Counted from the stretch's first letter, positions 26,435 through 40,904 are shown. The stretch is 64,000 bases of DNA from Trichinella spiralis (GCF_000181795.1 NW_003526943.1:11150007-11214006); one strand, 5' to 3'. The notes: generated by a model not told the origin, from the letters alone. A program made the numbers and translations.

Positions 26435-29400
26435 ATGCCAAGACGCAAAGCAACTGCCGATCGTTTCAAAGGAACAGAATTCAAAATGTTCGGTTCGTTG
26501 TTTTCGGATAGTTCTGAAGCCGTGAAGCCAGCTAGAAAGAAAGACCAACGTCTACCAAAGACTGTCAAAAAAGTTGAAAAGAAACAAGTGAAGTTATTAT
26601 TCTTGTTGTTTTGCATCTTTTTCACTTATGCAATTGCAGAATAAGCTTGAAAAAGCTTCTCGTAGCAGATCGTTGGATTCGTTTTTCAGTGAGTCAATGA
26701 AAATTTTGATGAAAGAATTGAGCGACGTGGAGAAAAGATTTGAATTGCACATTGCCGGCAGCCGGGATGAACGTATGCAATGCGAAACGCCAGTTGCATT
26801 TGGAAAAGTTCCAAATTCTCAACTGGGCATGGTGTTGGAGAGCACTCCAAATTTGCATGGAATTTATCGAGAACGAATGTCACTTTCAAACGTCAACATT
26901 TCACACATCAGCAATCAATCCGAAGAGCAAGTGCAGGATTGTGACGCGATTCGAGAAACTGTGGAGCTGCTTCGAAATGAGCCCGCCATTGGGAAGGACT
27001 TTATGCGCGACATCGACTCGACAGTACTACTGAATCCGGCATCTCAGTTTTTCCGAACGCCGGATGTTGTCTCCAACAGGCGGCTGTTGGATTTGTACTA
27101 CTCCAACAGTCCGTCGTCGATTCAAATTTTACCCAACAAAGCTCGCATAAGCCTTGCTTACGGGCGTACAATAGAAATGGAGATGGACAACAGCGCACTG
27201 TCGGCCGATCTTTTCCCAAATCACATTTCAAGCAGATCCGGTGCATCGTTGGGTAAGTTTGTGCTTTTTTTTCCTATTTATGTGCATATATTTGTTGTTT
27301 TTCATTTGTTTTGAGCTTGTAAACTTTACATGAAATAGTAAATCTGTTGAACTGAAATTGTTTATAAGCTCGCTTATGAAAGAAAGATCCTACAATAGCA
27401 GGGTTTTCAATGCAACTATGAAAATAGGCATCTGTTTGGCATAAAATTTATTGATCTAGCAAGTAATTAATTTAAATTTTTATAAAAAGCAATTGTGCTT
27501 TCACAAATAAATAATGTTCATTTTGTGGTGTATTTATTATTTATTTAGCGTTGCATGCGAGCAGGAGTCGATTAACGGAAAATAAAAGAAGAGATAATTC
27601 AAATGAATCGTTGGGCATTTCTCCATCACGGTCCAGTCATCACAGGCTTAAGTCGTTGAAAAATTTATTCCGACAAACGCTGAGCTTTTCTGAATCGTTC
27701 AAGCATTCACCCTTTCACAAAAATGATACGCATCATCATGCGGACAATCATAAGAAGAGTTTTTTTCGCATTTCCAAGACACCGCCCCCTCTGAGTTCTC
27801 CCAAAAAAATCCACTGTAATAAAACGCCATCGAAATCCATCGAACACTGCAACGTCATAATCAAAGAAGTCCAGAAGAAGTCTCCATTTTGTCGCTCTGT
27901 TTCGGCAGTGGGAAAGGGTATGGTTCCTGCGTTGGAGGGGCAGGAAAAACTCTGGAACGCGTCTTGTGGCAACGTTTCAACTTCAACTCCATGTTCTAAT
28001 GAATTGCTCAGTTTGCTAGAAGTGTCCAATCAAAATGAAATGCCAAAGCATTGGCTAAAAATTAGCAAACTTGCCAAACACTCGTATTTATGGGAAGGAT
28101 CTGCATCAGTAATTTCTACTTCGGTGAGTTGTATGTAATGTTATTGTTATTTATATATTTTTTTTTTGATTTTTTGAAATTAAATATCATCATTACTTTG
28201 ATATTAAAACAAATTGCTCAGCCTATAGTTGATTCGAATTATTGGTTTAATTTCTGAAAAAATTTCCACTTGGGAACGTGAAGAAACATTTTTAATTTAA
28301 ATTATATAACAGTGAAAATGATGTATTTTTTTAGAATGACTTTTCCTTTTCGGACGGTTCTCTTGATGGTTCTACTAATGTTCTGAATGTTATTCTTGAT
28401 ATATGCCAACAGGACAGAATCATCCACTGGGACGAGGCTTTGCCGTCGAAGTCAGTGCTTGCTTTTTCGTTGGTGAAATGTTGAAAAAAATATTTTTCAT
28501 TTTTTTTCTTTTTCAAGAATAGCACAACCTGTTGAAAAAATTGGAGAAGGGACATTCGCCGATGTTTACTCTATGCTTATTGATGGACAGATAACCGCTT
28601 GGAAGGTATGCAGAATGGTAAGGTGGTATTTTGATTATTTTCATTAAATTCATCTTAGGTTGTTCCAGTAGAAGGGGATACGATCTTCAATGGTGAACCA
28701 CAAAAGACATTCCTAAGCATTCTACCAGAAATAATAATTGCATCGTATTATTACTGATCACTTTTTGATTTTCCTGAAAATCTGTTTTATGCAATAATCT
28801 ACATTGCTTATTTTATAGTGAAGTGTCCACTCTGAGTGAAAAGAATTATTACAATTCAATGACGCCAAATTTATTGAAATTATTAAAGTAAGTAATTTAT
28901 TATTATAAATTTTATTAATTAAATTTAGTTATTTACTTATTTGGTAAATTATCATCGATATAAGTATTATTATAATTTCATTTTTTGTTGAACAATTAAA
29001 TTTGATTTTTGTCGTTTTTCTTCAAAAATTTGATAATCGCAAATTCATATTTTCAGGTTATTTCTTGTGCAAGGAAGTTATCCTGATATTCTTTTTGAGG
29101 CGTGGAACAGATATTCGATAAGCCCTGGAACACTGAACGATCGACCGGACATTTTTGAAGATGATCAACTGTTCATTTTGTTTGTTTTTCAACAAGGCGG
29201 TGTCGATTTGGAGAATTATAACGTATGATTTTTGATGTTCTGAAAATTTATTTAATAATTTGATATAAATGTTTAGCTAATGAACATCAATCAGGCGCAA
29301 TCTATTATTGATCAGATAATTCTGACATTGGGCATATTAGAAAAAGAGTTGGAATTTGAACATAGAGATCTTCACATTGGCAACATTTTAATTTCGCCAT

Positions 29401-30072
29401 GGGCTCATGAAACTATAGGTATATGCATAACACTGATTATTTATTTATTTATTTATTTGTATATTAGAGAAAAGAAAAATCCTTTATATTTGTTCAATGC
29501 AATTGCTATGTAGCAAATTTTATTTTAATCAAACTGATGCAATTTTAGATTATGTGATTGATAATAAACCAGTATCACTGCAATCAGCAGGTATTATTGT
29601 GCACATCATTGATTTCACATTGTCTCGCATCAAGAAAGGTATCTGAAATTTTCTCACCATTTAGCTGTTGTATATGATTTATTTATTCAATTTAGGAGGA
29701 AATATGATTTTTTTGGATTTATCTACAGATGAAGAACTATTCAACGGCGTAGACGATTACCAGTACGATATATATCGTGCGATGAGGGACTTGACTCAGT
29801 AATAATGGCAATTTTTGTCATTGCATTATTGGAAATTGTATTTTTGATAATTCTCTTTCTCTTTCACTAATTACAGACATCGTTGGAACCAATTTTGGCC
29901 AAAGACAAATGTTCTTTGGCTTGATTATTTGATGAACTTTTTTCTGTCAGCCAGATATAAAAAGCGGAACTTGGGAAAAACGCAGAAGCAATTGTTGCGA
30001 TCGTTGAGAAAAGATATTTCAAAATTTTCATCCTGTGCAGAACTGCTTCAGTGGAAAATTGAACAGCTGTGA
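26435..30072 (+). CDS. Haspin-family Ser/Thr kinase, multi-exon
   Basis: Long Ser-rich N-terminus, then KIGEGTFADVY, FNGEPQKTF..ILPEIII, GSYP..L.EAW, LEFEHRDLHIGNIL, IIDFTLSR, DEELFNG.DDYQYDIYR.MR, WNQFWPKTNVLWLDYL; stop at 30070-30072. Confidence 0.93.
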
Positions 30073-31059
30073 TTTTTAATACTTATAATAACAATTATTA
30101 TTATTAGTTATTTACTTGTATATATTAACGCAGAATGTCAAAAAAATAAAGCTTCATTGCATTAGAAAATGATATTTTGTCTATTTTAATGATAGATTTT
30201 GATCCAACGGAAAAGACAATTTAGTTGGACTAGGAAAATTGGGATGAATTTGAATATTTTCAGATAAGCATATTGAAAAAATTAATGAAGATATAAAACA
30301 AATGAATGTTCCGAATGCAGCATAATAATAATTGCTATCGTTATTGTTCCAAATTTAGTACAATAGAATTACTACAAAAGTTGCTTATTTTTTGATATAC
30401 TCTTTCTTCATTTGTAATAAATTATGAACCCTAAAGCAATAACAGTGAATTGAATTTGTTCGTTTCCATCAATATGCGTTACTTAAGTTAATTTGCTTTT
30501 TTTCCAACTAATCAATTGTTACATTAGTTCAATCATACGCTTTAGTAGTAATGCATTTTATCACAAATGAATAAAATTTACAATAAAACAATTTGGAGAT
30601 TCCAAAACTGTGAATAAAAATTATGCAACATATTGAATAACAACAGTAACAAATAAATTTGATAAAATAATATTCTTATAAAGCAAATACATTGGAAATT
30701 TATGAAAAAAATTTTCATCATATTTTTAATCATTAGGTGGACATCTTATTGGCATTTGCAACCTTCCTGTTGAATACGTGCAGAAAAAATTATAAATAAT
30801 ACATTTAAAAATTTCTCGTATGAAACAAAGGCAAACGTTAAAAATTGAATTCTTTTATTCAACATACCCAATAGAGAATTAAAAACTTAGACTTTCCAAT
30901 AAATCCTCTTTTAATTATTGCTAATGTTATTAAAATTAAAATTAAAATGTTCTTCTCTTAATCTTATTAAAATATGCAAAATATATTATGAATAAATTCA
31001 ATGCAATAATTGAGTTCATGTTTGTACCATTTACCTTATATTATTTAATTAAAAAATTT

Positions 31060-34000
31060 TTAAGTGTAAAAATAAATTTTTTTCCTTTTTTTATTCTTAA
31101 ATTTTCAAGTTTCAACATATAATTAGGTTAAGTAACTTTTTGAAAATATTTTGCTAATATAAGAATCATTAGCATTACTGATTGCGTTCATTATTAATTT
31201 CTTTTGCAGTCATAGTTATTTGTTATTTCTGTAAGTAAGCTTAATTTCAGAATTCATTTAACGTCCACGAGTATAGCGTCTTCTTATATTTGTTATTAAA
31301 ACATACACACACACACACACAATACGAGCAAAATTAAACAAATTAAAAAGCACGACATACTCAACAGCTCACTTCACAATTGACTACTGAATTTACATAC
31401 AATTGTGATGTAAATATAATTAAGTATAACATATTTCTATCTTTTCACTGAAGCAGGAAAACATGCTATTCAAACAATGCATTGCAACTATCTTTCTAAT
31501 AATCATCACTAAGAGGCTTAAACAAAGAAAACATTCCATATCATAACTGTGCATTTGAATGCATTAAAATAAAATTTTATTTCTTTTTCATTACAACAGC
31601 AGTGCAATTTACCAATGAAAAGCAACCAGCTGCAAAAAACTGAAAAAAAACATAGAAAAGAATTATTTATGCAATTCAATGCTGTTGGATGGTTAAAACT
31701 TTCACCATTCTTATGCTGGTGTATCACGGAAGCATTGATCACTGAAACAATGGACAGATGTCAGTGGCCAGCGTCGAGTTTTTTGGCTACGCCTCTTGGG
31801 CCTTGCCATAACGTCTTCAGTTTCACTTTCTGAGGAAAAAGTGGCGCTAAATTCTGAGGATCTATCAGCATCAACATAGAATCGTTGACACTGCCTATAT
31901 CACTTTCCTCAAGAGAATCATTCACAATGCCTAAGAAACTATCACTTTTAAATCCAGTGAGTGAGATTTCCAAAATATTGTGAAATATTGGAATAGTGGA
32001 ACATCTTGCGTGAAATAGTAGAAAATTTGCAAAAAATAAATTAAATGATACAAAAATTAGATCACATTTTTGAATGAAAAAGTTCACCAAGAAAATTAAT
32101 TATTACCGTCCACATTCAAGCAGAAAACGCATAACCAAGAAATAAGCGATAGCGACTGGTCAGTTTGAGAGAAAATGAATTCATGAAAAAGGTATATGAG
32201 AAGCAACTGCTCAACACATGACCGCAGATATGACCGCACCAAATGAAAAAAAATTTTATGACCATTTAGAAGAAGGTATGAAAAATAACAGCTGTAATGA
32301 TTTGGAAATTCAGCCAAAACAGAACAAAAAAGTTTCGAAGTGATCCACAGGATCCAGCGCCACAACTAAAGAAGCTTAAGAAGTTATGACCACTTATGAA
32401 CTAATTTAAAAAAGAGATTTAAAACACAGTTAATAAAATTTAAAGCTAATTTTTAAGTAAATAATGATGCTATGGCTATGATTTTTTTGTTTGCAATGCT
32501 CGTTTCATTTTAATGATTTTGTTTTTTCATTTATCAAAACAACTACATGAAGAGCTTTTAATTGGACAGTATCAATCGTGATTTCTTAAGCATTTATACT
32601 TATTTTGCAAATATGCACTTTGTATCTTGCAATCTTTAAGAATTAGTTAAGGCATATGGCCATTTCGGCTTACAACTTCGTAACTAAAGATATGGTGGAC
32701 AATAATTGACCAACTTAGTGCACCGTATGATTATTCGGATAAAGTTATCACCGGTGAGTTCTTAGCTTCATATAATATGACTAATAGTTAATTCATAAAT
32801 GGTATTACGTTCTGCTTATAGAAAAAGTAATTTACATTGCATAATTAAATGCATAATTCAGTTGTACCTTAGTATATAAATATATTAAGCATTCCAAGCA
32901 TCACATTACTTATGGCATTTCATAATTTTGCATATTTACTAAAACCGTATCACATTGATTTCATGCATTGTTTGCCATTTTACTAACATTACTTCAACCC
33001 CTTTTGAACTTTGAAATAAATAGTTTGTTGCAAGAAACATTCTCAAGTGCCATTATTTCACTTCTTACCGTTGATTAATGTACACACATATACATATGCA
33101 TATATATTATAAAATGTGTAAATGTTAGTAGGCCATAAATACAAAGAGATGTTCGTCAAAGCAACAATAAGCAGTTTATTTATTTTTAATCCAACTTCAT
33201 GGAAAGACACTAAACAATGAATGCAATAATAATAAACAATGCTGATAAAGGTGGAAAAACAAAACTGTAAAACAATGTGTCATACTGTATCAGCATCATC
33301 AGTCATCTGTGAGCATCTGTAAGAGGTCACTCGCATTCTTTGTTTATCATGTAGGTCAGAGTACTGGAGCAGCGCAGTTTATTAACTCATGAGGCAATTT
33401 TTCCATTATTACTTTACAGTGCAATCATTTTTCTTTATCCTTGTTTTTCTCCTGGCCAATCTTTATTGGTCAGTTATAATTTATAACCTCCCTATAAAAA
33501 GTTCACCGAGATCTCTTTGAAATCATTCTGACTTCTCAGTCGCAACTTTGATATTCAAACTCTGTGTTTCGGCTCAAACTCTGCCTTTTCACATAAAGTA
33601 TCATGAATCACATGAAGTAAGTGGCATAACTTGGTTTCTGTTGACAGTATGTTATAATGTCTGACCGTGCTTTCAGATTGCCTCGATATACACGGAAGCG
33701 TGATGTTATTAGCAATAAAAGACGTTTCAGAAAACGTACTAATGCTACATTTTTCAATGTAAACAGTCTTTTATCAATGGAGTCTGTTCGTAAGCGGCTA
33801 TCCAGTACTCCAGAAATGTATGTTCTTTTCATGTATGCAGTTAACGATTACATCGCAAAGCAGTAAGTTCCTTGTCCTGTAAATAATTCATCTTTTTGAA
33901 TTAATAGTTTATTTGCAGATCCACTACATGTTCTTTCGTCTGCAGAGTTGTCGGCTTGACAAATGGTTGTCCTTATGTAACTAACGAAATAAAAAGCTTG

Positions 34001-36640
34001 ATAAAAGATGGTAGCAAATTTTATCTCCATGGAATGGTAATTCATTTCTACTGTCCTATGGATCGCCAGTGGAGAATAATTAAAGAGGTAAAAACATTTC
34101 AAAGTATACTTTTGGATATAATTCAATGATGCTTCTGTACAGGATGAAATTAAGAATGAACTGGAATGGATGGAAATTCTCATGGAGAATGCAAAGTTGC
34201 AACCGACAGATGACGTCGATAAGATCAAGTTTTATCGTGATGGCCATGGGATAAAAATTTCCATTGATTTTTTTCAAAAAGTCAAAGTAAATGAAAAGTA
34301 TATTTGAAAAGATAATCAATTTGGTAAAATGCATGTTTTGTTTCAGGAACACTACGCTGACCGACCACACATATATCACAAATTTATACAAGCACTGCAT
34401 GCTTTCACAAATGAGCCGTATAAAGGAAAAACGACACCATTGTATTTATTATACACCAGAGTCGTTCCTCTATTTTCGGATTGCAACACGCTACTTCACC
34501 ATTTTCATTCCTTTTTTGCAAATGCCACTGACAGTCATCCATTTCGCTGCCTTATGTGCCTGCTGGAATTACATAAGGTAACATTTTGTAAAGAATAATT
34601 CTTGAAATACACTAATAAAATATATTTCAGGACGATGATTATGAAAGCATGGAAGAAAACTTTTCGAAAATACTTTGCCAAGGCCTTACACTATATTGAA
34701 AATAAGCTGAATATTCCACAATACAAATTAATGAACATTTACGTTATATGTTACATATACTTGCGATTATATGTTTATCACGATGATAAACATTGTTTAA
34801 AATAAACAAATTGAAACTTATGTGCTTTTTACTTCACTCTGAAACATTTATAAATGTAAAAGTGGGAAATTCATACCTTGTTCCACAATCAATAAAATGC
34901 TTTATAAAAAGTTTTAGCAGTTCTTTTTAATTTGATTTACCAAAATAAAATTATAAATACCTAAGCATTGCCTTAAAGAAAACAAGAATTAGGTGAAACT
35001 GAGGGATTACATATGCTGAAAGTGGGTCAGTAAAATTTATCACATCATCTATCATGATGGTAAAATTTGCTTTAAGCATGAAAGTCATTTTATGTAAAAT
35101 TGCAAATAAATAGGCAAATTTACTAACAAGGGCTACTGATTTAAGTTGTACAAAAGTATGCTTAGAGAAAAAGTGATGGAACATTTTATCCAGCTCAACA
35201 TGTTTGCACTGGTGGCTGATTCATTGCAACTCATACATTGAAGATGTTTTATCTATGCCTGTCATACACGCGAATAGCATCCACATCTACAATTCTTAGC
35301 GTTTTGTTTAACTCAGATCGCTCGTTTTTGTCCACGCACATTTGGACCTTAAACTACAACACTGTTATTTATCATTCTCTTGGTGGGAGGAGAATCTTGC
35401 AATCGTTATTTTTTGTAAACTAATGTTAGCGCTAACTTTAGCTTTCTCATTCTGCATTTAATTTGGTAGTGCACAATGTGTAGACAGATGAAGCGATACG
35501 GTATTCAGGTACAGCAGCCGTTCTTTGTATATAAATTGTGTCCAACATGTATCTATGGCGTAAACATGTTCAATTCGTCATTAAGGGTCCTCTTAATAGA
35601 GCAACATCGACAATCATTAGATTCAACTCAGGTGAAATTAGACTAGCTTGCCGGACTGAAATTGGTTAAAAATTTACAATCTACTTTCTGAAAATTCTAG
35701 AAGATTGTTGCTATGCGCAACACATGTAGTAGATACTTCTATAGTAAAAAGAATTCAAACTTGCTCATATACATTTGCTGATTAATCTTATTAAAATAAA
35801 AATATTTTTGATAAATTTTAGCATAATTGCAACATCTTTTTATATTGTCATAAAATGCTGTTAGCAAAAATGCAATTAAAGAGGAATAGCGGATAAACAT
35901 TTGGGTAGTTGGTTAGTGTTTTGGTATCACTTGGAATCATCTCTTGACTGCAAGGATTAATAATAAGAAAATTATTTCTTACCACAATGATAAATGCATA
36001 CATACGACAAGGCAAAAATTAAAGGCGAACCAACTTCGCTTTAATTGCAAGATTTCTGGCAATCCTTAACCTTGCTTCGCAACAAGCCTGTTGGTTCTGT
36101 GCTAATGATGAAAAGTGCGGTTCTTCGGTTCTTACAAAAATAATAAATGCTGCCTGTGCTTCCACGAAAATCACGTGTTATTCACGCTGCGTAGGCGTGA
36201 GCACTTACATTGTATAATTTAATTCATAATACAAAATAAATATTCACTTCCAGCACATCCAAAGCAGCAAAGCATAATCACTGTTTTTATGATAAAATTA
36301 TGGATACTTTTTTAATAGTAGAGGTAAATTGTTCATATAACTTCTTGGGTTGATTACCAATTAATTTGACTGTGAGATTTATATTTTATCAATCGTCTGG
36401 ATGTGCAAAATGTGTGTAATTAATTTTTTGAAGTGGAAAACGTTCCTTTTCATTTTTGCGCATCTCCATGTATTTTAAACAAATTTGAATTTGCATTATC
36501 ATAACTGAAATGTAAATCAATCAGTAATAAAGAATCAGCTGCTAAATGATGATATAAACATATAACCAATGCAAATAATGCACGATGTGAATCAACTCCA
36601 AGCATTGTTTGATGCCCAAATACGCGGTAGCAGTTTAACT
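31060..36640 (+). repeat. Tandem segmental duplication, copy A
   Basis: Collinear blocks with copy B: ~31080-31210/36790-36940, ~31645-31700/37085-37140, ~32550-35390/37220-40090, ~36390-36640/40995-41245; boundaries approximate. Confidence 0.85.
33657..34699 (+). CDS. Small two-PAH-domain (Sin3 PAH1/PAH2-like) protein, copy A, ~272 aa
   Basis: Exons 33657-33862, 33919-34087, 34143-34286, 34347-34577, 34631-34699 join in frame via GT-AG introns (819 nt); SIDFFQKVKEHYADRPHIYHKFIQALHAF...LYTRVVPLFSDCNTLLHHFHSFF fits the PAH pattern; N-terminal SMESVRKRLSSTPEMYVLFMYAVNDY...PYVTNEIKSLIK is a weaker PAH match. Confidence 0.75.
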
Positions 36641-38328
36641 GATTGATGTGATGAAAATATAAAAAATAAAGTTCGTATAAATATAATGCAATAGCAGAGT
36701 TCATCTTTATACTATTTATTTTATATTAATGAATTTGAAATTTAAAAAGAAGTGAAAATGTTTTTTCTTATACTTTTGTTTATAGTTCTATTCCTTTTCC
36801 TTATTCTAAAATTTTCAAGTTGCAAAATATGACTGATGCCTTCTTTATTAGATTAAGCTAGTCTTCCAAAATGTTTTAACAAGCTTAAAATCAATTACAT
36901 TACTGATTACGTTCATTATAAATTTATTCTACATTCATATTTATTTTTTATGATTGTGGCTAGAAGTTTTCAACTAAGAAATTGTTCTATGTGCTTTAGA
37001 ATGCATTTTAGAATCATTTTATTTCATTTATATTACAGCTGAGTGTTATTTACTAGTGAAAAACGAAGATTTGTCAAAACATTAAAAAAATAAATAGAAA
37101 AGAATGATTTATGCAAATCTGCTGCTGAACGCTCAAAGACATCGTAAAAATATAGGAACTCAGTTATATGAAGTAGTTAGTTACATAATTACATAAGTTA
37201 CAAAATAGTTGCATAAAGAACTTTTAATTGGACGGTATCAATTGTAATTTCTTAAACATTCATTCTCATTTTGCAAATATGCACTTGTATTTTGCTACTT
37301 TTAGAATTAGTTAACTGATAAAGCATTTGGCCACATCTTCGTTACTAAAGATATGGTGGACAATAATCTATCAACTTGGTGCACCATACGAGATTATTGA
37401 AACAAAATACTCACCGTTGAGTTTTTAGATTCATATAATATGACTAATAGTTAATTCATAAATGATATTACGTTTTGCTTATTAAAAAAGTAATTTACAT
37501 TGCATAATTAAATGCATAATTCAGTGGTAGCTTGGTAAATAAATACATCAAGCATACTAAGCACCACATTACTTATGGCATTTTATAATTTTGCATATTT
37601 ACTAAAACCGTTTCACATTGATTTCATGCATTGTTAGCTATTTTACTACCATTACTTCAACCCTTTTTAAATCAACAAAATAAAGATAATTCAAATAAAT
37701 AGTATATTGCAAAAAAACATTCTCAACTGTCATTATTTTACTTCTTATCGTGGATTAATGCATATACATATGCACATATATTATACAATGTATACATGTT
37801 TGTAAGACATAAATACAAAAAGATGTTTGTCAAAGCAACAATAAGCACTTTATTTAATTTAAATCCAACTTCATAGAAAGACGCAAAACGATGAAGGCAA
37901 TAATGATAAACAATGCTGATAAATATGGAAAAACAAAGTTGTAAAGCAATGCACTACTGTATTAGCATCATCAGTCACCTGTGAGCATCTGTAAGAGGTC
38001 ATTTGCTTTCTTCGTTTATCATGTAGATCAGAGTACTGGAGCAGCGCAGTTTATTAACTCATGAGGCAATTTTTCCATTATTACTTTACAGTGCAATCAT
38101 TTTTCTTTATCCTTGTTTTTCTCCTGGCCAATCTTTATTGGTCAGTTATAATTTATAACCTCCCTATAAAAAGTTCACCGAGATCTCTTTGAAATCATTC
38201 TGACTTCTCAGTCGCAACTTTGATATTCAAACTCTGTGTTTCGGCTCAAACTCTGCCTTTTCACATAAAGTATCATGAATCACATGAAGTAAGTGGCATA
38301 ACTTGGTTTCTGTTGACAGTATTTTATA

Positions 38329-39371
38329 ATGTCTCACCGTGCTTTCAGATTGCCTCGATATACACGGAAGCGTGATGTTCTTAACAATAAAAGACGTTTC
38401 AGAAAACGTACTAATGCTACATTTTTCAATGTAAACAGTCTTTTATCAATGGAGTCTGTTCGTAAGCGGCTATCCAGTACTCCAGAAATGTATGTTCTTT
38501 TCATGTATGCAGTTAACGATTACATCGCAAAGCAGTAAGTTCCTTGTCCTGTAAATAATTCATCTTTTTGAATTAATAGTTTATTTGCAGATCCACTACA
38601 TGTTCTTTCGTCTGCAGAGTTGTCGGCTTGACAAATGGTTGTCCTTATGTAACTAACGAAATAAAAAGCTTGATAAAAGATGGCAGCAAATTTTATCTCC
38701 ATGGAATGGTAATTCATTTCTACTGTCCTATGGATCGCCAGTGGAGAATAATTAAAGAGGTAAAAACATTTCAAAGTATACTTTTGGATATAATTCAATG
38801 ATGCTTCTGTACAGGATGAAATTAAGAATGAACTGGAATGGATGGAAATTCTCATGGAGAATGCAAAGTTGCAACCGACAGATGACGTCGATAAGATCAA
38901 GTTTTATCGTGATGGCCATGGGATAAAAATTTCCATTGATTTTTTTCAAAAAGTCAAAGTAAATGAAAAGTATATTTGAAAAGATAATCAATTTGGTAAA
39001 ATGCATGTTTTGTTTCAGGAACACTACGCTGACCGACCACACATATATCACAAATTTATACAAGCACTGCATGCTTTCACAAATGAGCCGTATAAAGGAA
39101 AAACGACACCATTATATTTATTATACACCAGAGTCGTTCCTCTATTTTCGGATTGCAACACGCTACTTCACCATTTTCATTCCTTTTTTGCAAATGCCAC
39201 TGACAGTCATCCATTTCGCTGCCTTATGTGCCTGCTGGAATTACATAAGGTAACATTTTGTAAAGAATAATTCTTGAAATACACTAATGAAATATATTTC
39301 AGGACGATGATTATGAAAGCATGGAAGAAGACTTTTCAAATATACTTTGTCAAGGCCTTGCACTATATTGA
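38329..39371 (+). CDS. Small two-PAH-domain protein, copy B
   Basis: Same five-exon structure at +4672 bp, intact frame, few substitutions (e.g. MSH vs MSD; last exon EEDFSNILCQGLALY vs EENFSKILCQGLTLY). Confidence 0.75.
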
Positions 39372-40282
39372 GCACAAACATAAGCTGGAGTACATTCACG
39401 TTGTGTTAGAAATATGTTGCTATAATATGTTTCTGAAGATGAAATTTGCTTTGCTTGCCTAAAACAAATTAACTTGTCATGTGCTTTTTCACCTCAGTCA
39501 TTGAACAAAATTTTTAACGTAAAGTGAGAAATTCATACCTTTAAGAAGAAATATGCAAACATTTTTTTCCAAAAGATAAAATGCTGAATAAAGAGTTTTA
39601 GGAGTGGTTTTGATGTTGCTTCTCCAGCATGAAATTATATAAACACTTAAGTACTGCCTGCATAGATAGCACTACTGAAGTGAATTAAAGAATCAGATAT
39701 ACTGAAAGTGGGTCAATAAAATTTAGCACATATAATCACATCAATGAAATATGTTGGGAAAATTTGTTTTAAGCATGAAAATCACTCTATGTAGATTGCA
39801 AATAAATTAGCAAGTTCACTTACGAGGTAAATTCATTTCAGTTGATGAGCATGTTTATACAAGAATTAATTGTGCATTTCCTCAAGCTCAAAATATCTGC
39901 ACTTGTGACCGATGAATCGTGACTCTTATATTGAAGATATTGACGCTATGTTTGCCATACCTATGACTAGCTACCGTGTCTACACCTCTTAGCGTTTGAT
40001 TTCACTCAGATCGCTCATTTTAGTCCACGCATATTTGGACTATTGCTAGAGCTCTATAATTCATCACTCTCTTGGTGGGAAGAGAATCTATCAATCGAGC
40101 TATTTTTATTTTTTGCTGTTGCTTCTCTCTGGGTTTTTCATGCTTTGCATACAGTTACTTTGTGTAATGTAATTCAGGATGCAAAAAATATTTATACTTT
40201 TCTGATATACTTTCTGATTTTTCAAAGGATTGATGTATGCTCGATGCTTTTGATGAAATAATCGATGGACATTTACTTAATG

Positions 40283-40904
40283 CAGGGGTAGCCAAAATGG
40301 TCGATATCGACCCTTTGGGGTCGATAAATGCCTAGGGATGAATGGGGGGTCGATGAACTCCGGGATCGAATATGAACTTTGAAATCCCATTTGAGGAATT
40401 TATTTCATGGAGAAGTATTTTGTAACAATAATTTACAATTTTCTGAACTATTGAGGGACACCACAAAAAAGCAACAATGCAGAGGAACAGATTGAACCTG
40501 GAAATGCATGGTGATTTATGCCTGAAACTCACCAATCTCCAGTCAGATATCAATGCACTTGATGCTACTCATCAAACACATCCTTCTCATTAACGATTTC
40601 AAGTAGTTAAATAAAAAGTATCATAATAATTAAAAAAATTATCAACTACCTTTAATTTAATCATGAAGTTATTAACATTATTGTTCACATGAATACGGCC
40701 ATTATACAAACAGGCTGAAGAAAGGATAATTAAACATAAAGGTGAAATGAATCTAATCCAGAATCAGTAAAGGTAAAAAGGGCAAAGGATGCCTTGTAAT
40801 AAAGAAATTTATTAATCATAATCTTCATTTTACGAACTTGCGGGTCCATGTGGCATCAAGGAATCCACAAGGGGTCGACGGTATAAAAAGTTTGCCTAGA
40901 CCTG
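40283..40904 (+). mobile_element. Non-autonomous hAT (Charlie/Buster-type) DNA transposon, 622 bp
   Basis: TIRs CAGGGGTAGCCAAA / TTTGCCTAGACCTG; 8-bp TSD acttaatg/atttaatg; transposase C-terminal remnant RNRLNLEMHGDLCLKLTNLQSDINAL..THQTHPSH* at ~40483-40593. Confidence 0.87.

Noticed and set aside
33848..34400. Minus-strand ORFs (126 and 106 aa) and their copies at 38520-39072
   Set aside because: Antisense to the spliced PAH gene; shared only because the DNA is duplicated
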